This document shows, in pieces, positions 1 to 13,596 of a stretch of 64,000 nt of DNA. The first letter of the stretch is position 1. Every line of letters starts with the position of its first letter. The translations under genes were made by a program, and so were the position numbers. Under the pieces are notes generated by a model. The model made no database searches, was not told the DNA's origin, and saw nothing but the letters and a program-made list of their open reading frames with translations. This stretch comes from Tubiluchus corallicola (taxonomy: Eukaryota > Animalia > Priapulida), in NCBI GenBank assembly GCA_030141605.1, contig JAQGDQ010000004.1:496001-560000 (forward strand), given 5' to 3'.

Positions 1-67
1 AAATAAAAATTCAACTAAACCACATTTGTTGGCTAGTAGAAATCAAACTGTGTTAAAGAAAACAAAC

Positions 68-269
68 CTTTTTTGCTGTGTGAACTAAGTCTGCGAGCTG
101 TTTCTCCACAGTAGCTGTAAACTGAAGGTTCTTTTTAGCAAAATCCTTTAGGGAATCTGTGTAGCTAGGATTACCAAGTTTGTTTGATAATTCTGGATTA
201 GCGATCTGGAGAGCAAGTGAAATACGACGGTTTCGCTCAATAATGGCGCATTCTTCATTACATTCCAAC
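68..269 (-). CDS. NFX1: NFX1 exon preceding the R3H domain
   Basis: Encodes [37 protein letters not shown]; donor GTTTGT at 67. Confidence 0.92.
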
Positions 270-3200
270 CTACAAAGAAACAGGTAATCACATATTTAAA
301 AATGAAACAAGGTATGTTTTTCACCTGTGCTGTAATTCTCAAAAAATAATTCTCAGGGACATTTTTCCCAGTTGTGATCCATCCATTTAAGAAACAAATT
401 CAATGCTGCTTTACTATTATACTTAACCACACACCATAATCCTCAGCATTCTTTTTGCCTCCAAGAAACTGTCCCAAAGCAGAGTTAAAAAGAAAATTAG
501 ATGCAGACTATCCCAGAAGATTAATTCCAAAAGGTAACAGTCAATTTGAACTTAAAAAGCTAACAGTTTCATAAATGTTTATGCTCCTAAGTCACAATTT
601 AATTTATAATATACTTGTCGTTGCTTACCGCTCCATAAAGAACAAAAGCATTATAATGTCTTTCTAAAAGGTATGTGCATAATACAAAGTCTCACCCACA
701 GTTTTCCCGTCTTGCACTTGCATCCATTAGTCCACTAATGTCCACTGACTGACCAGATTGCATTTCAGTCACTTTACTTCCTAACACGGACATGGTCAGT
801 TTACTCAACAAAGCTGAGTGCTTATAACAAGACATCTTTTCTCTACGATGACCACACGGACACTTAACCAATACCTAAAATGAAAATTGTTAAAAATTAA
901 ATAAACAAAAAGACTACAAAAGAGAAGACATCACAGAAAAATAAGTTAGTCTTTTTAAAAATGCCATTACAGTTTACAATGACAGTAAACACCATGTGGC
1001 ATCACTAGGAGGGTGCGGGCCTCACCGAGTGACACCACAAATGAGTATATGACTGGTATTATGGCCCTGCTTATTTTGGACTGAGATACCAAGAAGCTGG
1101 ACCCAAATCTTCAAAATTTTCTTTCTCTGGCTCCTACCTTCGGTGCTCGAGGCTATGTGGTGAAGACTAGGAAAGGAAAGTTCTGATTGTTGACATATAA
1201 TTAGTAAAAACAGAATTATTTGTGTTTCAAAACCAGTTTCTTTCGATATTTCGTCTAAGTCATATATATATCATACACCAACCCTAGCGACAGCCCTGCC
1301 ATTTGCCAAAGAATTTGGATATTCAGGGCAAATGACTTTTTATTATTGTCACAACTTTTCCCAGTTAAAAATCTATCCAATACACCAGATGCAGTACGAA
1401 ATTAAAATATATTTCATCATGAAAGTAGCAAAAATGTCATCAAGGAAAAACGATACGTTCTGAATTAATGGTAAACCTTAAGTTGTTTAAGATCATTTCT
1501 CTATTTATTTATTTGCACATCTGACAACATTAAAGTCTGCTGCAGCAACCAGCAGCTTTAATTACAAATATTGCAATTTACAATTAAGCACGATGCGATT
1601 TATGATGTCCAGCAATTGTAGGACAATCATGATTGTCAAACATCTCATAGGTGACCACCAATTTCATTGTTCTTTATTCTTTCAATCCCTAGGCTAAAGC
1701 TATTAATTTAATACTAAACGAACATAAAGTATTAAGTTTGATCAATCAATATCTAGCTACTACTTTGTTTCGCAAAAATCGATGATTGTTTTTTAGAATC
1801 TAGCTGCAGCTGACACAAGTAGCAACACTATAGTTGTCCCAACCGTACCTCTGCTTTGCAAGTTGTGCTAGGACAAGGCTTTCCAACATGGCAAACAGCG
1901 GCACATATGTGACCGCATCCAACTCGTAATTGCCTGCATGGTTGATTACATGATTCTGACTCCGCCAAGCAGGTTCCCTAAATACCAGTAAATCATAACT
2001 AAATAGCACATAATAAATAAGAGATATTTAATACGATTCTGCAATTTGAAGAAAAAAAAATGCTATTTAAATTTAGAAAATAATTTCGTTTAAAGAAGCT
2101 AATTCAAAGGCTTTACCAGCTTTCTAAGAAGTAAAAGAATTTGGGGAAAATTTCAGTACATAGAAAATTTACGCTAGACAGTACATGTTAGTCCAGCAGC
2201 CAGTGGGGTGAATCTTGCATTTTCCGTGTAAGTTTTTTTCTCGGTGGTTTGGTCATGTTTTGATGGTCCTTTTTAAGAATATTAAGAGTGCCACCCTTGA
2301 GCAATTTGAGATATTGGACCAAAAGTGTTAAACTAGAGAAGTGTGTACTATAACATACCAAAGCTACCATGATCATGCAAATGAAAATACTCAGCAAACT
2401 ACTTTTAATATGTTTAAGTTAAAGGACATTAAAACAAATAAAAAATAATTGGGTTTTTATGTACTCCTTGGAAAATTGTGTTGGAGATTTTCATCAAAAT
2501 AATCTAATTAGGAAGTACTCGTTTTCTTCTTCAGTGGTGCATGTATTAGTCCTTTCTTAATCCACTAACCTTAAGATTTTGTCACTTATTCAAATTACTA
2601 GGTAACAGTTTCTGTATCCAGATTATGTAGTTACTCCCACAAATAAGTTTCTGCTTTCATATAGTCCAATTCCTCATTTTAGCTTTGTCAGATTTACAGA
2701 TTTTATTTGTTTGTTATTACTGAGAGCTTTCATATGCACGGAATATGATGCAAACTATTTATTATGCACTGCTAATCATTATGCACAACACTGCATAATA
2801 TTTTAATAACTTAAAAGATTTAAGTGTCTTTGCTCCAGAATAAGAGCCATGATCATCTTCAAAATTGCATCTGGTTATGATTTTACCACAACAGGCACAG
2901 TTGCTGATTATAATAGTTTTGGTTTGGCATCTTTCAAAACCATATAATTTGTGCCATTAAGAGAAAATGTTGAGTCACCTTAACTGCTTTTTCTCCATTA
3001 TGTGTGCTTTAATGTGCGCTTGTTTCATTTTTGCTAAATGCTTCCATTGTTGGTTACGAAATGCACAGCTTAGCACCAGAATAAGAGCATTTGGTCATGG
3101 TTAAAATTCCATCTAGTGGTTCTAGTAACACCTGTCCTGTGCATTTTACTGTGCCATACAGCTATCTTAGTTTCAGACATGTTATTTAGTGGCTTGAGTT

Positions 3201-6200
3201 CCATTAGGCTGCTTTAATGTTGCCAAATTCGGCAATAGCCAAAGTACATTCAGTGTGGTTCTCTTTCTTACACTACATTCGTGCATAATCCCCTATTATG
3301 TCTGGAATGATGCTCTGATAATTCTTCACCGTTTAACCATTGTCGTTTACCAATTCCACCATTGGCGTGGGCATATTATGATAAAGCAAAACAGTATAAT
3401 CAGTCTGTATCATCTAAAAGAACGGTCATTACTGGCTAGTTTTACGACCCACTGAACTTTTTCGTCATGCATTCTTTTCATCATGTCCTTTATTTTAATT
3501 TAGTTGTGAAATTTTTTCCTCCTGCTAAAGCTGCCTGGCCAATGTCCAGTTATTTCCAGCTTACCATCAATGCTGGAAATGGAGAAAATTGAGAGAACTT
3601 CACTGATGTTTGTGTTATTGTTGAATTCCTGTAACTCTTAAATCAGTTAAATCAATATTACGTATTTTGCTTAATCCCGCTTGTACGTTACTTCTTCATC
3701 AAAGCCATATGTATTTATTGTGATTGTCTCGTAGACCCTTGTGACCACTTGTTTCAAAATACTGTTGTACTGCAATACCTATGCTACTGAATCGACTACA
3801 TTCAATGATAACAGTACAAGCTTCCCATTTACAACATTAACAGCTGAGTATGTTTTTGTGGAATGGAAAGATTTATACAAACAAGTTTTTTGCATAGTTC
3901 TTGCTTGTCTATAACATCTGCGATGTTGACTTTGATTTCTATCCTTCATGTGCCCTGAAATATAAGCCTATCTGTCTCATTTCAGCCTCATAGCTGAAAT
4001 GTTCTTCTTCTGCACAGCAAACATAATGTCTCTTGTCTTCTCTTTCAGTCATATAAGTATCATTATCATCATTAAGCAGTTTTATTAAGTAACCTTCCTA
4101 TAATGCAAAGATGCAACTTTTGCTTGCAATATTGTCAAGTAGAACTCCATAAAGTATGTCATAGGAACTTAGCTAAGCTAAGCAGTTTAGTTAAAATGGT
4201 ATAGTTGTAATTGTTATAGTTTTCCCAAACCCCACGAAAGAATATCTAAATTTCTAACTGTTTTCTACACTACACCGGTTATAATTTATGAAACAGCACG
4301 GTTCAACTTAATACATCAATATATTTAGGTTATTACAAAAACTAATAAATACTGAACCCATATAATGCATTATGTACACATTGTAGCCCAATTTTTGAAA
4401 TCTCCATGTCAAAAACTAGTTACCAATTTAATTCTACATCAGTGTCAATTTCATCTACCTAATCATAATAGTTTCAGTATATCACAGCACATGCTTTTTG
4501 ATTTGTAACTTTTTATTTTAAAACTCTCAAAATGCTCAAGACTGGCAATGGGCCACCCTTAATATTTTTAAAAGGGACTATTGGAAAACGAGAAAACTGT
4601 GGAGAAAAAACTTACACGGGCTGTCGGACTATGCTCCCAGATCAAAGACAACACTTATAAATAATAAAAAAATTATTGTACTCTGCTGATAAAAGCAACA
4701 TGCAAAAATCCAATAAGTTTGCACAAGATAAGAATTTCATATTCTATTAGAATTACAGATATTCATGTTTTGTTTCGCAATAGACTCACCTTATGACACA
4801 CAGTCTTGCACTTATGCTCTCCACAAGGCAAAACTTTACCACATGGCAAACCACAAGAAACGTTAGTGATATGGCACGGTATATGACTGCGTAATTCGTG
4901 ATTGCCATTGCACCATTTTGACATAAGAAATGTACACGGTGGACACTTCTCTTCACTATGACAAGTATGCATCACTAAATAAGATTCATTAGATAATTAT
5001 TAATTAGACGGCGAATTAAATTTCAGGTTTTCAGTTATCAAGTAACGATAAAACCAAGTAAACATAAACAGAGGCTAAATCAGCCATCAACAATGTAAAC
5101 ATACCTACAAAAATGTCAGTCGACACTAACGATATTCTTTCAGTGAAATTATTGTAGCAATCTAATCTATTACATGATATTTAATTTGTTTTTTCTTAAT
5201 GTTTCTTAAAGTTAAGATTAGCAGAACAGCTTTAAGATTGGCATAATAAATTGACATCTCTTTTAAACATTGCAATGTCACAGTTTCATATTGAATTTTG
5301 AAATGTCTGTTAATAAGTCTGATTTAATCCTGTATACCTGACTGCTGTACAGTCACATGTATTATATTTTGTTACTAAAAAGTGTACACTGTTTAAGAAA
5401 TTTCATGCACATATTTCACATGTAAGTGTGCATTTTAAAGTAATAAATGGATTAATGAGCACCACCAGTTTTATAACAAATGCCTAAAATATAAAAACAA
5501 CTCAGCAAGACTTACAGTTAATGTGTTAAAACAAAGCACTACATTAAGCGCAACGTCTTTAAGTGAAGTGAAGATTTCCAGAGAAAGTAATGCAAAATAA
5601 CTGAGATGCATTCCAGGCACAAAAATCAGTGTTGCTTAAATCATACAAATTAAATGCTTTACGAGCATTATTCATATTTCTTTCTGTTTGCTTGAAACCA
5701 CCCATCTTTATTACCAGTACACAATGTTGAAGTCTACACAGTTTGTATGCAGACGCATAGTAAAAGACAAGCTCTGGGGTGATCTTGGTACAATTTCATT
5801 TAGATGCTCAGTTTAGTTGCTAAAGCAACAGGTTCTAGGCAAAATTCCTTCCCATAAAGGTTGAAGTTAGGTGTCTGAAGGTATATAAATCATAAATAGA
5901 TCCCACTTGTTACAAATGGCTAGCATTTAGTAGTCAGCTGGAGAGCAAAAACATAATAATAATAATTGTTCTGTTTGACTATACTAGTGCATTTAGAATA
6001 GAATAACACAATATGTATTGTTTTAATGTTCCAAATTAGGTAAAAAGTTGTTGAACATTGAAAAAAAGGCTTTAAAAAAGTAAACATAATCATCGTTAAA
6101 ATGCAATGTGAGTCGTTAAAGTGAAAGAAATGTGTTAAATACTCAGGCTCGTTAAAACAAAACGTCTCTAAACGGGGAGTCGTTAAGGGATGATTTACTG

Positions 6201-9200
6201 TATATTAAATAAAATTTTAACAATTTGCAAAAAATCTAAAGAATTAGCCCTTATAACTGTGACTATACTGCGCATTTTAAAGTAAATAGGCTTACTAGCT
6301 AGAAGTTACACAGGTAAAAAGCATTTACCTGGATGATTGCAATGGTGCACTCTTGAGCAGATTTCTTTACACTCTGGTGGTTTTGTCCCGCAAGGAATAG
6401 GCGGGTACATGACTGATGCCCCGCAGTGGCAGGAAAGTTCATCAAAGCGTACATGCCAACAAGAATGACAGTTTCCAATGTGACACGGTTCTTCACAAAC
6501 ATGGTTGCCACATTTCAATTTCCGATTGCATATAAGATTGCAAGGATGTTCAACATCAGTACAGCATTGTTTGCCACATTTGTGACGACCACACTGTCTC
6601 TTCTTTGTGCAGCGTTTATCACATATGAATGCTTTATCACCTAAAAACACCACAATACTATCATAAATGCACCAGCATTAGAAGCGAAAAGCAGAACAAA
6701 TAGTAATCAATGTATTACCAAAATAACTTAAGTGCACTACGTCAATAATTATACAGGCATGATTATGACCAAGAACAGAATCAGTACATTGATTAAGAAT
6801 GCAAGAACAGCAGATACTGTACTTTTATTAGATAATAAGAAAGCATAACTGTTTTTATATATACTTAAGCAAGATTAACTGGAATTCCTCAGCCCCAAAG
6901 TAACAGATCAAATAAACCCAATAACAACAAATTAACAGACAAAAATGCAGCTGCAAATGTCATCAAATGCGCTAGGATGCAAATGAATATTAAATGGCAG
7001 CAGTGAAAAGACAACTAAACTGTAAAATTGTAGTGTAATGATCGTAATGTGTGCTTGGTGATTGAAGTTAAGCAGTACTGATCATGATTAGTAATCAATT
7101 AAAATACACGGATGACCTGGAGAAAACAGCTTCAGTCCCGGCTATTTATCTCATTACCAGGATGCATGTGCATCTGAGTATGGCTAAGACAGCTCTGCCA
7201 ATTCAGTGTTTCATCTTTGACTATACCATGGATAATGAGTTAGAATAAGGTCTCACCAAAACCATCTGCATAAAGTAGACCCCACTGATGAATAAGAGTA
7301 ATGAACTTGTATAATGACAGAAGACAACAAGATTCATTACATTAAATTTGCTAAGCAAAATTATTAGCAAATGATGAAGCTGTCAACTCAAATGTACTAT
7401 TATTAGTAATCGTAACAGTGCAATAACAATTAATGCAACATAACATAAACATAAGAAGAATAACTTCTGCTGATAAACTGCTTAATCAAAGAAAATGAAC
7501 GTCAAATGGCAGCCATTTGATCTCATCTGTCTAGTTAGTTTACTTGCTATTACTTGCTTTATTACTGTCTTTAAAAATAATTAATCAAAAAACTCAGAAG
7601 CAGTTCTCACCGGTATAATTTGAAAGGGAAGCACATAAAACAACTTTCGTTGCAATACCACAGCGACATCGAATTTCCGTCTGTCCTGAGCATGGACCAC
7701 ATGGGCCTTCATGACACAACTTCTGACATAGATGAATGGAATCTGAAAATAAAGGAATTCATCAGTTGTTTTATATTTGACATACAAACGTAGGAAGACT
7801 TAATAATCAAAGCATTTGTGTCACTTTCTGATTACACATTACACACACTAGATACTCAAGCTGACTTCTTTACTGATTTTAAAACCTGTGGAGTTACTAC
7901 TAAAAGTTTTTTGCATTAGGCTGCACAAAAAAAGACCGTGAAGCAGAAAGAGGGAGCACAATATGATGAGACCAAGTGTATGCGATAAAGAAGCATATCA
8001 CATCAGTAATACAGTAACAGTTATTGAAAAATTTTCTTATGTTCGTTTGATTGCATTAATAACACCAAGCCTACTCAGAATGATAACAAAAGTAAGCAAT
8101 CATTAGTCATAAGGACTTACCATCACTACTGCAAGGCAATGGCTTGTTGCACACTGACTGACATGTCGGCACTGGATGCAGACACGACCTTCTTTTTGTG
8201 GCAGTTAACTCTTCTAACTTGGTCTGACCACATGGACAGTGAGTTATAGCAGCAACTCTTAACTTGCATGGGGAACATGGCCCAGAGTGACAAAGGTGCT
8301 CACATTTATGATTACCACAAGACAAGTCTCTGTAAAATAAATGAAATATGTTCAAACGTCACCCTGACAATAAAAAACTCAGTAAAACATGTTTTCAGTG
8401 CACTTTAACAGGCCTTTCATTTAACTATAATTTCTTAAGCACTCAATACACATGCAAGAAAATCCCAAAAAAGCAACACCAAATGCTGTATTACAAATTT
8501 TTAATCAAACATCTACTTCCACAAGAATCTCGTCCCCCTCTTCCTTCTTTTAGTTTGTCATTTTTTACACATGGAGAGCTGGTTTGAGTGGGACGTCTTG
8601 GCTTTTGTTTTGTTGTCATTTTCGCAAAACTGTACATCTAGTCATGCCTGAACAGGCTTGAGCATTAGGAGTAGTGGCCAAAATGCAAATGTTAGTCAGG
8701 TCCACCTGATGACTGTGAGTCCAGTGCAGTTGTGTGTGGTGCGAATAGGGTGTGCAACTTTAACGAGTTTGTGGTATATTGATTCATTTATGCATGTAAT
8801 CTACCATTGTAGGCTGTTATTTGGAGCTTTTCATACTAGACATGTTTCTGACAACTAAAACACAAAAATAAAAAAAGTTTATCATCCCTTAGTAATTTGT
8901 GACATTATTCTTAAATGAAAACAATCTTGTTTAGTCTTTATTTGTAAGGACAGCACAATTTTTCCAGAGGGTCTTGTTGAAATGTGGTACATTTTCCCTT
9001 GGTATCAAGTTAACTGACTTTAGAGAAGTCATTTTTTATACAACTCCCTATGAATATTACACAAACAGATTAAAAATAAAAATGATGTAGCCTTGACAAA
9101 AATTTCTGCAAAGGGGCACATTCCTTTAAATAAAAAAACACGGCTTGATTACTTAAAGATAAAACATACACATATGATATTCATCTGCTGATTCTTAACT

Positions 9201-12200
9201 AAGTGGTTTACTAAATCGTCTTAAAGCGAAATTTGAAAAAAATATTCACCGAATGACAAAAACTAAACAATGAAAAAGTAGAGGTTTTGAGGTTAAACAG
9301 CAAATGCACTGAACAATTGCCAATTTCGTGCAAATAACAGATGCCCAGCAAAGTGAACCATTAGAAACAACACAGCGAAAAACACACTAAACGGACTAAA
9401 ATTGCAGCAGAATGATGAAAGTACAATCATGACTACATACTTGAAAAAAGTTTAGGAAAAGAGTACCTTTCACATATTTTATCACAAGCATATTTGATTA
9501 ATTCTTGTGTATCTTCGTCAGTTGGGCAGCTGCCGCATGTAACCATCCTGGTAGATTTCAAGCAGTAACATACTTGTTCTACAACTTCTTCACATGAGGA
9601 GCAGTCACCAGCATGGCAGGTGATGTTGCATGTATGTATCCCACAATTCAGTAGTTTCCCACAAACCTCTTTGCATTGCATGTCCAAATCCCGACCGCAC
9701 TTAACCATCCGGCTAAGGTTGTAATAAGTAAAACAACTCGTAAACAAAAATTATAACAAACACAAACTTAAAATCAAACCAAAAATAACCTCTCACAAAT
9801 TGTAGTTTTTATATCTACAACCAACTCTGTTAAGCAGAAATCCGGTTAACACTGATATCCCAAATCAGATCTAAAATCTTACTTGACTTCTTTGAACATA
9901 AACACAAATTTATATAGTACTACACACCTTAATCTACCACAAAGACAGGACCTATTTGTCATGGCCGTGCATGGTGGACATGGACCAGGATGACAAAGCA
10001 GGTTGCAGGGGTGAGGACAGTCTCCTAGCAACCGCTTTTTCTTGCACATTTCTCCACAGCTGTGTGGTGTATCTTGTCTGTTCCATTGCGGATCAATGAC
10101 TTTACCTGCAAAACAATAATATTGCTAAACATTACATCAAAATTATCTACAGACCTAACATTATGAATGCAAAGCGATTTTTGACAGATACCCAAAGAGT
10201 TTGAAAAAGAATTTGCAAAAATTTGAAGAGTTTTGACATAATACTCAGTTTTGTCGTGTGATTGTATGATTTTTTATAAAGTACCACACACATTTCTGTT
10301 ACATAACTCTGTTAAACCAATAACATTTGCTAAGGAACTGACAAGGTAAGCCCACACTTATTACAATTAAGAAATGGAAAATATGCCAAAAAGTCTAGAA
10401 TCGTCTGGAACCAGGCTTTTGGGTTACAAATTCAAAGCCACGCTCTGGGTTATACACAGTACACGCCTACTTGTGACCTTACAAGCTTTCATTCAATCCT
10501 AGTAGATCACCAACCAATAAAATTTCCTGATGCTAAACTCATGCTAAAGCAATTGTCAACTGCAATAATGTTTTAGGCCATCTAGATTCTAGAATAATCC
10601 GCAGGCAAATTCTAAGTCAATTACTTACAATCTATATTCAAAAATTATCAATTACTAATGGGCTAAACGCTGGGATAATCATAATAGGATTTAATAACAA
10701 TTAGTGGCGACTTGTGTGGTGCCTGAATCTGAATCCAAACAGCTGCGCTATAAAGTGGACATGGCACTGGATTATCACAACAAAGTCTGAACTTATTCAC
10801 ATTTGATCAAAATTTGGTTTCTAATATTGAACTATTATTGTGAATTTAATATTTATATTTATATAGTTGCCCTAAAGAAGTGGGCAACTCTAGAAATTTC
10901 GGTTACAGTCTGTTTTTCTGTATATATGCCACCAATTTTTCTCCACTCCTGAGTAATCTAGGAAGTTGATACTTTGCACAGTGGTAAGGCATTGTTCAAT
11001 TTCAGAGCGTGCACATATTTGTGTCAGTTGGCACAGTTCTGAAATTTTTACAATTTTTAAAAACATGCGTTAATGCGCTATTATTATGAGACTGACTCGT
11101 TAACATGCTAGACACAGTTATATCAAGTACTACGCAATGACGTTTACCAGTAACACGTGTTCTAAACCCAGTGCCTGTTTTTATTATTTACTGAATGAGA
11201 AAATGTTCATTCAAAATATATTTAGGGATAAAATGGAAAATGTAAATAAATACATGCGGTTCTGGGAATATATTGCATGGTATTTCATTTACTATGGGCT
11301 AAAAGGCATCTTATTTAAAATTTTAAACCAACATGCGTTGCAATTCGCACATCTTTAAAGTTTTGTCCGTTAAAAATTAACCTTGCAGTTCAGTCTGTGT
11401 GAAGATCTAACCACAACTAACCAGATCCTTTATAGGATGATAGCTGCATTTTCACAGAAATTTAGCATCATTTCAAGTGTCAATGCAGAAAATACATCTT
11501 TGCGGTAGTCTCAAAGTTATGTCAACCACAACGGAGCAACTACATCCCTGTACCGAGAGCTCTCTCTCATTTATGGTATTCTGCCATTAACTGGCAATCT
11601 TGAAATTAGGATTATAAACAATTAGCCATAGTTACTATATAAAACACAAATTTTGCTCATTTTTTACTCACAACAGAAACATCGGTATTCGTGTGGTATT
11701 CTGTCACTTATGTTCTGGCAAGCAGGACATCTCCAACCAGAATCTTCACCTAAAAGTGAAACATTTGTCTTTGTCAAGACATTAAAGACCACACATTTTA
11801 ACAATGAATGAATGTGAGTTGCAAACAAAAGTTCCTAGGTAATGGTCCAATAATTCCAATCCGTCAAATGAACTAAAAATGACTTATGAGTGCGGGCAAG
11901 CACAATTCGCATTTCTGATGTTGTCACTAAAATTACACAAAACACTACAATTACTATCAACAATTATGATATCTGTCTTCCAAAGTCTAATAGTGTCATT
12001 TTACACAAACAAAACGTGTTTCATGACTTTTTAACACCTTTATTAAACTTTCTCAACTAATTCTTTTTTCAGTTTGCAAAAAAATGCGTGTAATTATTAT
12101 TCAAAATATTGTACTTTGCTATTTCCGTATTTTTGTGCATATGCTGATTATGCTGACAATGTTATTGAAAAATTCATATTAAGCACTGTACAAATGCACT

Positions 12201-13256
12201 GATGAGTAACATTGTACTAAATTTACCCTCTTTGACATGAGACGACCTGGCCCACTTCCGTATGCAGTAGAGATGAAACACATGGAAACAAGCTTTGCAG
12301 CTCCAGATAGCTACAGCTTGACGTACTCTTTCGCAGCACACCATGCACTCATAAACACCTTTAGTCAGTTGTTCTATAAGCACTGACATTTGTGTATCTT
12401 CTGCTTTACCTTTGAGTTTGCGATCATCTTCACTGCATTCCTTCAACTGGTCATTTTTAGCTAAAGTAAGATTTGGAGATTGTAAAATTTGTATAGGTTC
12501 TGGGACAGATGAAATGAACTTAGTATCCTGAATGCTGTAATGCATTGAAGGCCGGGACAAGTAGGTAGTACCTGGCTGGAATATGGGGAAATACGCTTGC
12601 AAATTTGGAGGAGGAACAGAAAAATTTATAGGATGCTGTGGAACAAATCCAGGAGGCGGTCGTGTAAGCTGCATGGTTGGACGAAGGCTTCCAGAATGAT
12701 AATATTGAGTCGGATTCTGATAAAATACAGGCCTATTGTTTCCAGTTCCCTGGAAGCCTATGTCTTGGTGATGTTGTGGTTGCAATGTACGACCTCTACC
12801 TTGGTTATGACTGGAACTGTAGAATATTCTTTGACTTTGATTTAAATCAAGAGATTGGATGCTGGAATTCTCCAATGGCTGAAAATGCCCAGAGCCAGTA
12901 TCTGCAAGCTTAGTGTTAGAAGTGCTGGAAAATTCAGCACTACTGACAGAAGCTTCTTTTGCATTCTCGTAATACTCATCATCTTGCAAATCACTATTCA
13001 GGTAGGTAACGTAAGCACTTCTTTTAGCAGTAGCTGAAGGTACATTATCTGATGTTTTTGAAAGTCTGCTCTCCAGGTTATGGTTTGTTTGAGCTTTGGA
13101 TGAACAATCTCCTTTTCCTTTATATATAGCAGTTTTGTTTTGATACCGACTCTTAGTGTCACATTTCTGCTTAGTAGTGGTAGTACTCTTTGAACTTTGT
13201 GGCACTGAATCCGCTTTCTTAACATGACAACTTCTCTCTTTTTGCCGCTGTGACAT
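68..13256 (-). CDS. NFX1: NFX1 / shuttle craft-like RING + NF-X1 zinc finger protein; multi-exon, 3'-partial (960 codons in window)
   Basis: Exons (minus): 13256-12227, 11749-11672, 10105-9928, 9712-9467, 8329-8121, 7742-7611, 6640-6329, 4974-4790, 1977-1849, 874-696, 269-68. All introns are GT-AG with consistent phases. [46 protein letters not shown] matches the NFX1 RING; repeated CxxHxCxxxCHxGxCxxC NF-X1 fingers follow; LECNEEC..ERNRR and [15 protein letters not shown] match the pre-R3H region of NFX1 rather than NFXL1. Confidence 0.95.
696..874 (-). CDS. NFX1: NFX1 exon
   Basis: Encodes [28 protein letters not shown]; tttag acceptor, GTGAGA donor. Confidence 0.9.
993..1298. mobile_element. 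Degenerate non-autonomous DNA transposon (hAT-like MITE) in an NFX1 intron
   Basis: Left end CATGTGGCATCACTAGGAGGGTGCGG..GTGACACC and right end CACCAACCCTAGCGACAGCCCTG form imperfect TIRs of the CAGTGGCGTCACTAGG type; no TSD seen. Confidence 0.45.
1849..1977 (-). CDS. NFX1: NFX1 exon (last NF-X1 finger)
   Basis: Encodes [36 protein letters not shown]; phase 0/0. Confidence 0.92.
2700..3800 (-). pseudogene. Heavily decayed transposon-associated ORF remnant in an NFX1 intron
   Basis: Minus-strand fragments in order: [44 protein letters not shown] and PDAILKMI. They resemble invertebrate TE proteins with DTD..GxGK..LPPT..PxPxxxLxxxxCxC motifs, but carry many stops and frameshifts. Confidence 0.35.
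4790..4974 (-). CDS. NFX1: NFX1 exon (NF-X1 finger)
   Basis: Encodes [32 protein letters not shown]; GTGAGT donor. Confidence 0.95.
6090..6202 (-). mobile_element. Single end of a Tc1/pogo-type MITE
   Basis: Repeated (T)CGTTAA subterminal motifs ending in GATTTACTG-TA (TACAGTAAATC on minus); the other end was not found. Confidence 0.35.
6329..6640 (-). CDS. NFX1: NFX1 exon (NF-X1 fingers)
   Basis: Encodes [39 protein letters not shown]. Confidence 0.95.
7611..7742 (-). CDS. NFX1: NFX1 exon (NF-X1 finger)
   Basis: Encodes [28 protein letters not shown], in a different frame from the ORF-track call; tttcag acceptor, GTGAGA donor. Confidence 0.92.
8121..8329 (-). CDS. NFX1: NFX1 exon (NF-X1 finger)
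   Basis: Encodes [32 protein letters not shown]; GTAAGT donor. Confidence 0.93.
9467..9712 (-). CDS. NFX1: NFX1 exon (NF-X1 finger)
   Basis: Encodes [28 protein letters not shown]; phase 2/2. Confidence 0.93.
9928..10105 (-). CDS. NFX1: NFX1 exon (PHSCGE, NF-X1 finger)
   Basis: Encodes [41 protein letters not shown]; flanked by AG/GT. Confidence 0.93.
11672..11749 (-). CDS. NFX1: NFX1 exon (GWRCPACQ, end of RING)
   Basis: Encodes [26 protein letters not shown]; tttag acceptor, GTGAGT donor; not in the ORF track. Confidence 0.92.
12227..13256 (-). CDS. NFX1: NFX1 first coding exon (low-complexity N-terminus + RING)
   Basis: Acceptor ttgcag at 13277-13278; in-frame TAA just upstream of the ATG at 13256; donor GTAAAT at 12226 (phase 1). 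Confidence 0.92.
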
Positions 13257-13551
13257 CACTTAAATTTTATTGGAACCTGCAACAAGCAATCTGATTAAAA
13301 CAAACCAAAGCAGTAAACACAGAAACAGCAGAGTTCTACATAATCACAGTGACATTCATCAAAATTGAAATACCTATTAATTACGAATTTTGGTTGATGT
13401 TTACAATGTCGACAGTGACCATGCTGTGTAACATATTTCTAATAATTTTAGCTCGCCAAACACTTAATAACTTAAGACATGTAACTGATGTCTAAGTTAA
13501 AAGCTCAATAATCGTTATTACTTAAAATTTTTGATATTCCGCATTAGCATA

Positions 13552-13596
13552 CCCTTAGGGACAGGATATGTCCTTAGGGATATGTCCTTAGGGACA
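13552..13596. repeat. Short tandem repeat (GGATATGTCCTTAG)-like, about 3 units
   Basis: CCCTTAGGGACAGGATATGTCCTTAGGGATATGTCCTTAGGGACA. Confidence 0.7.

Noticed and set aside
10865-10893. AGTTGCCC..GGGCAACT hairpin followed by CTAG as a Helitron end
   Set aside because: Only an 8-bp stem, CTAG is followed by A rather than T, and no 5' end is evident.
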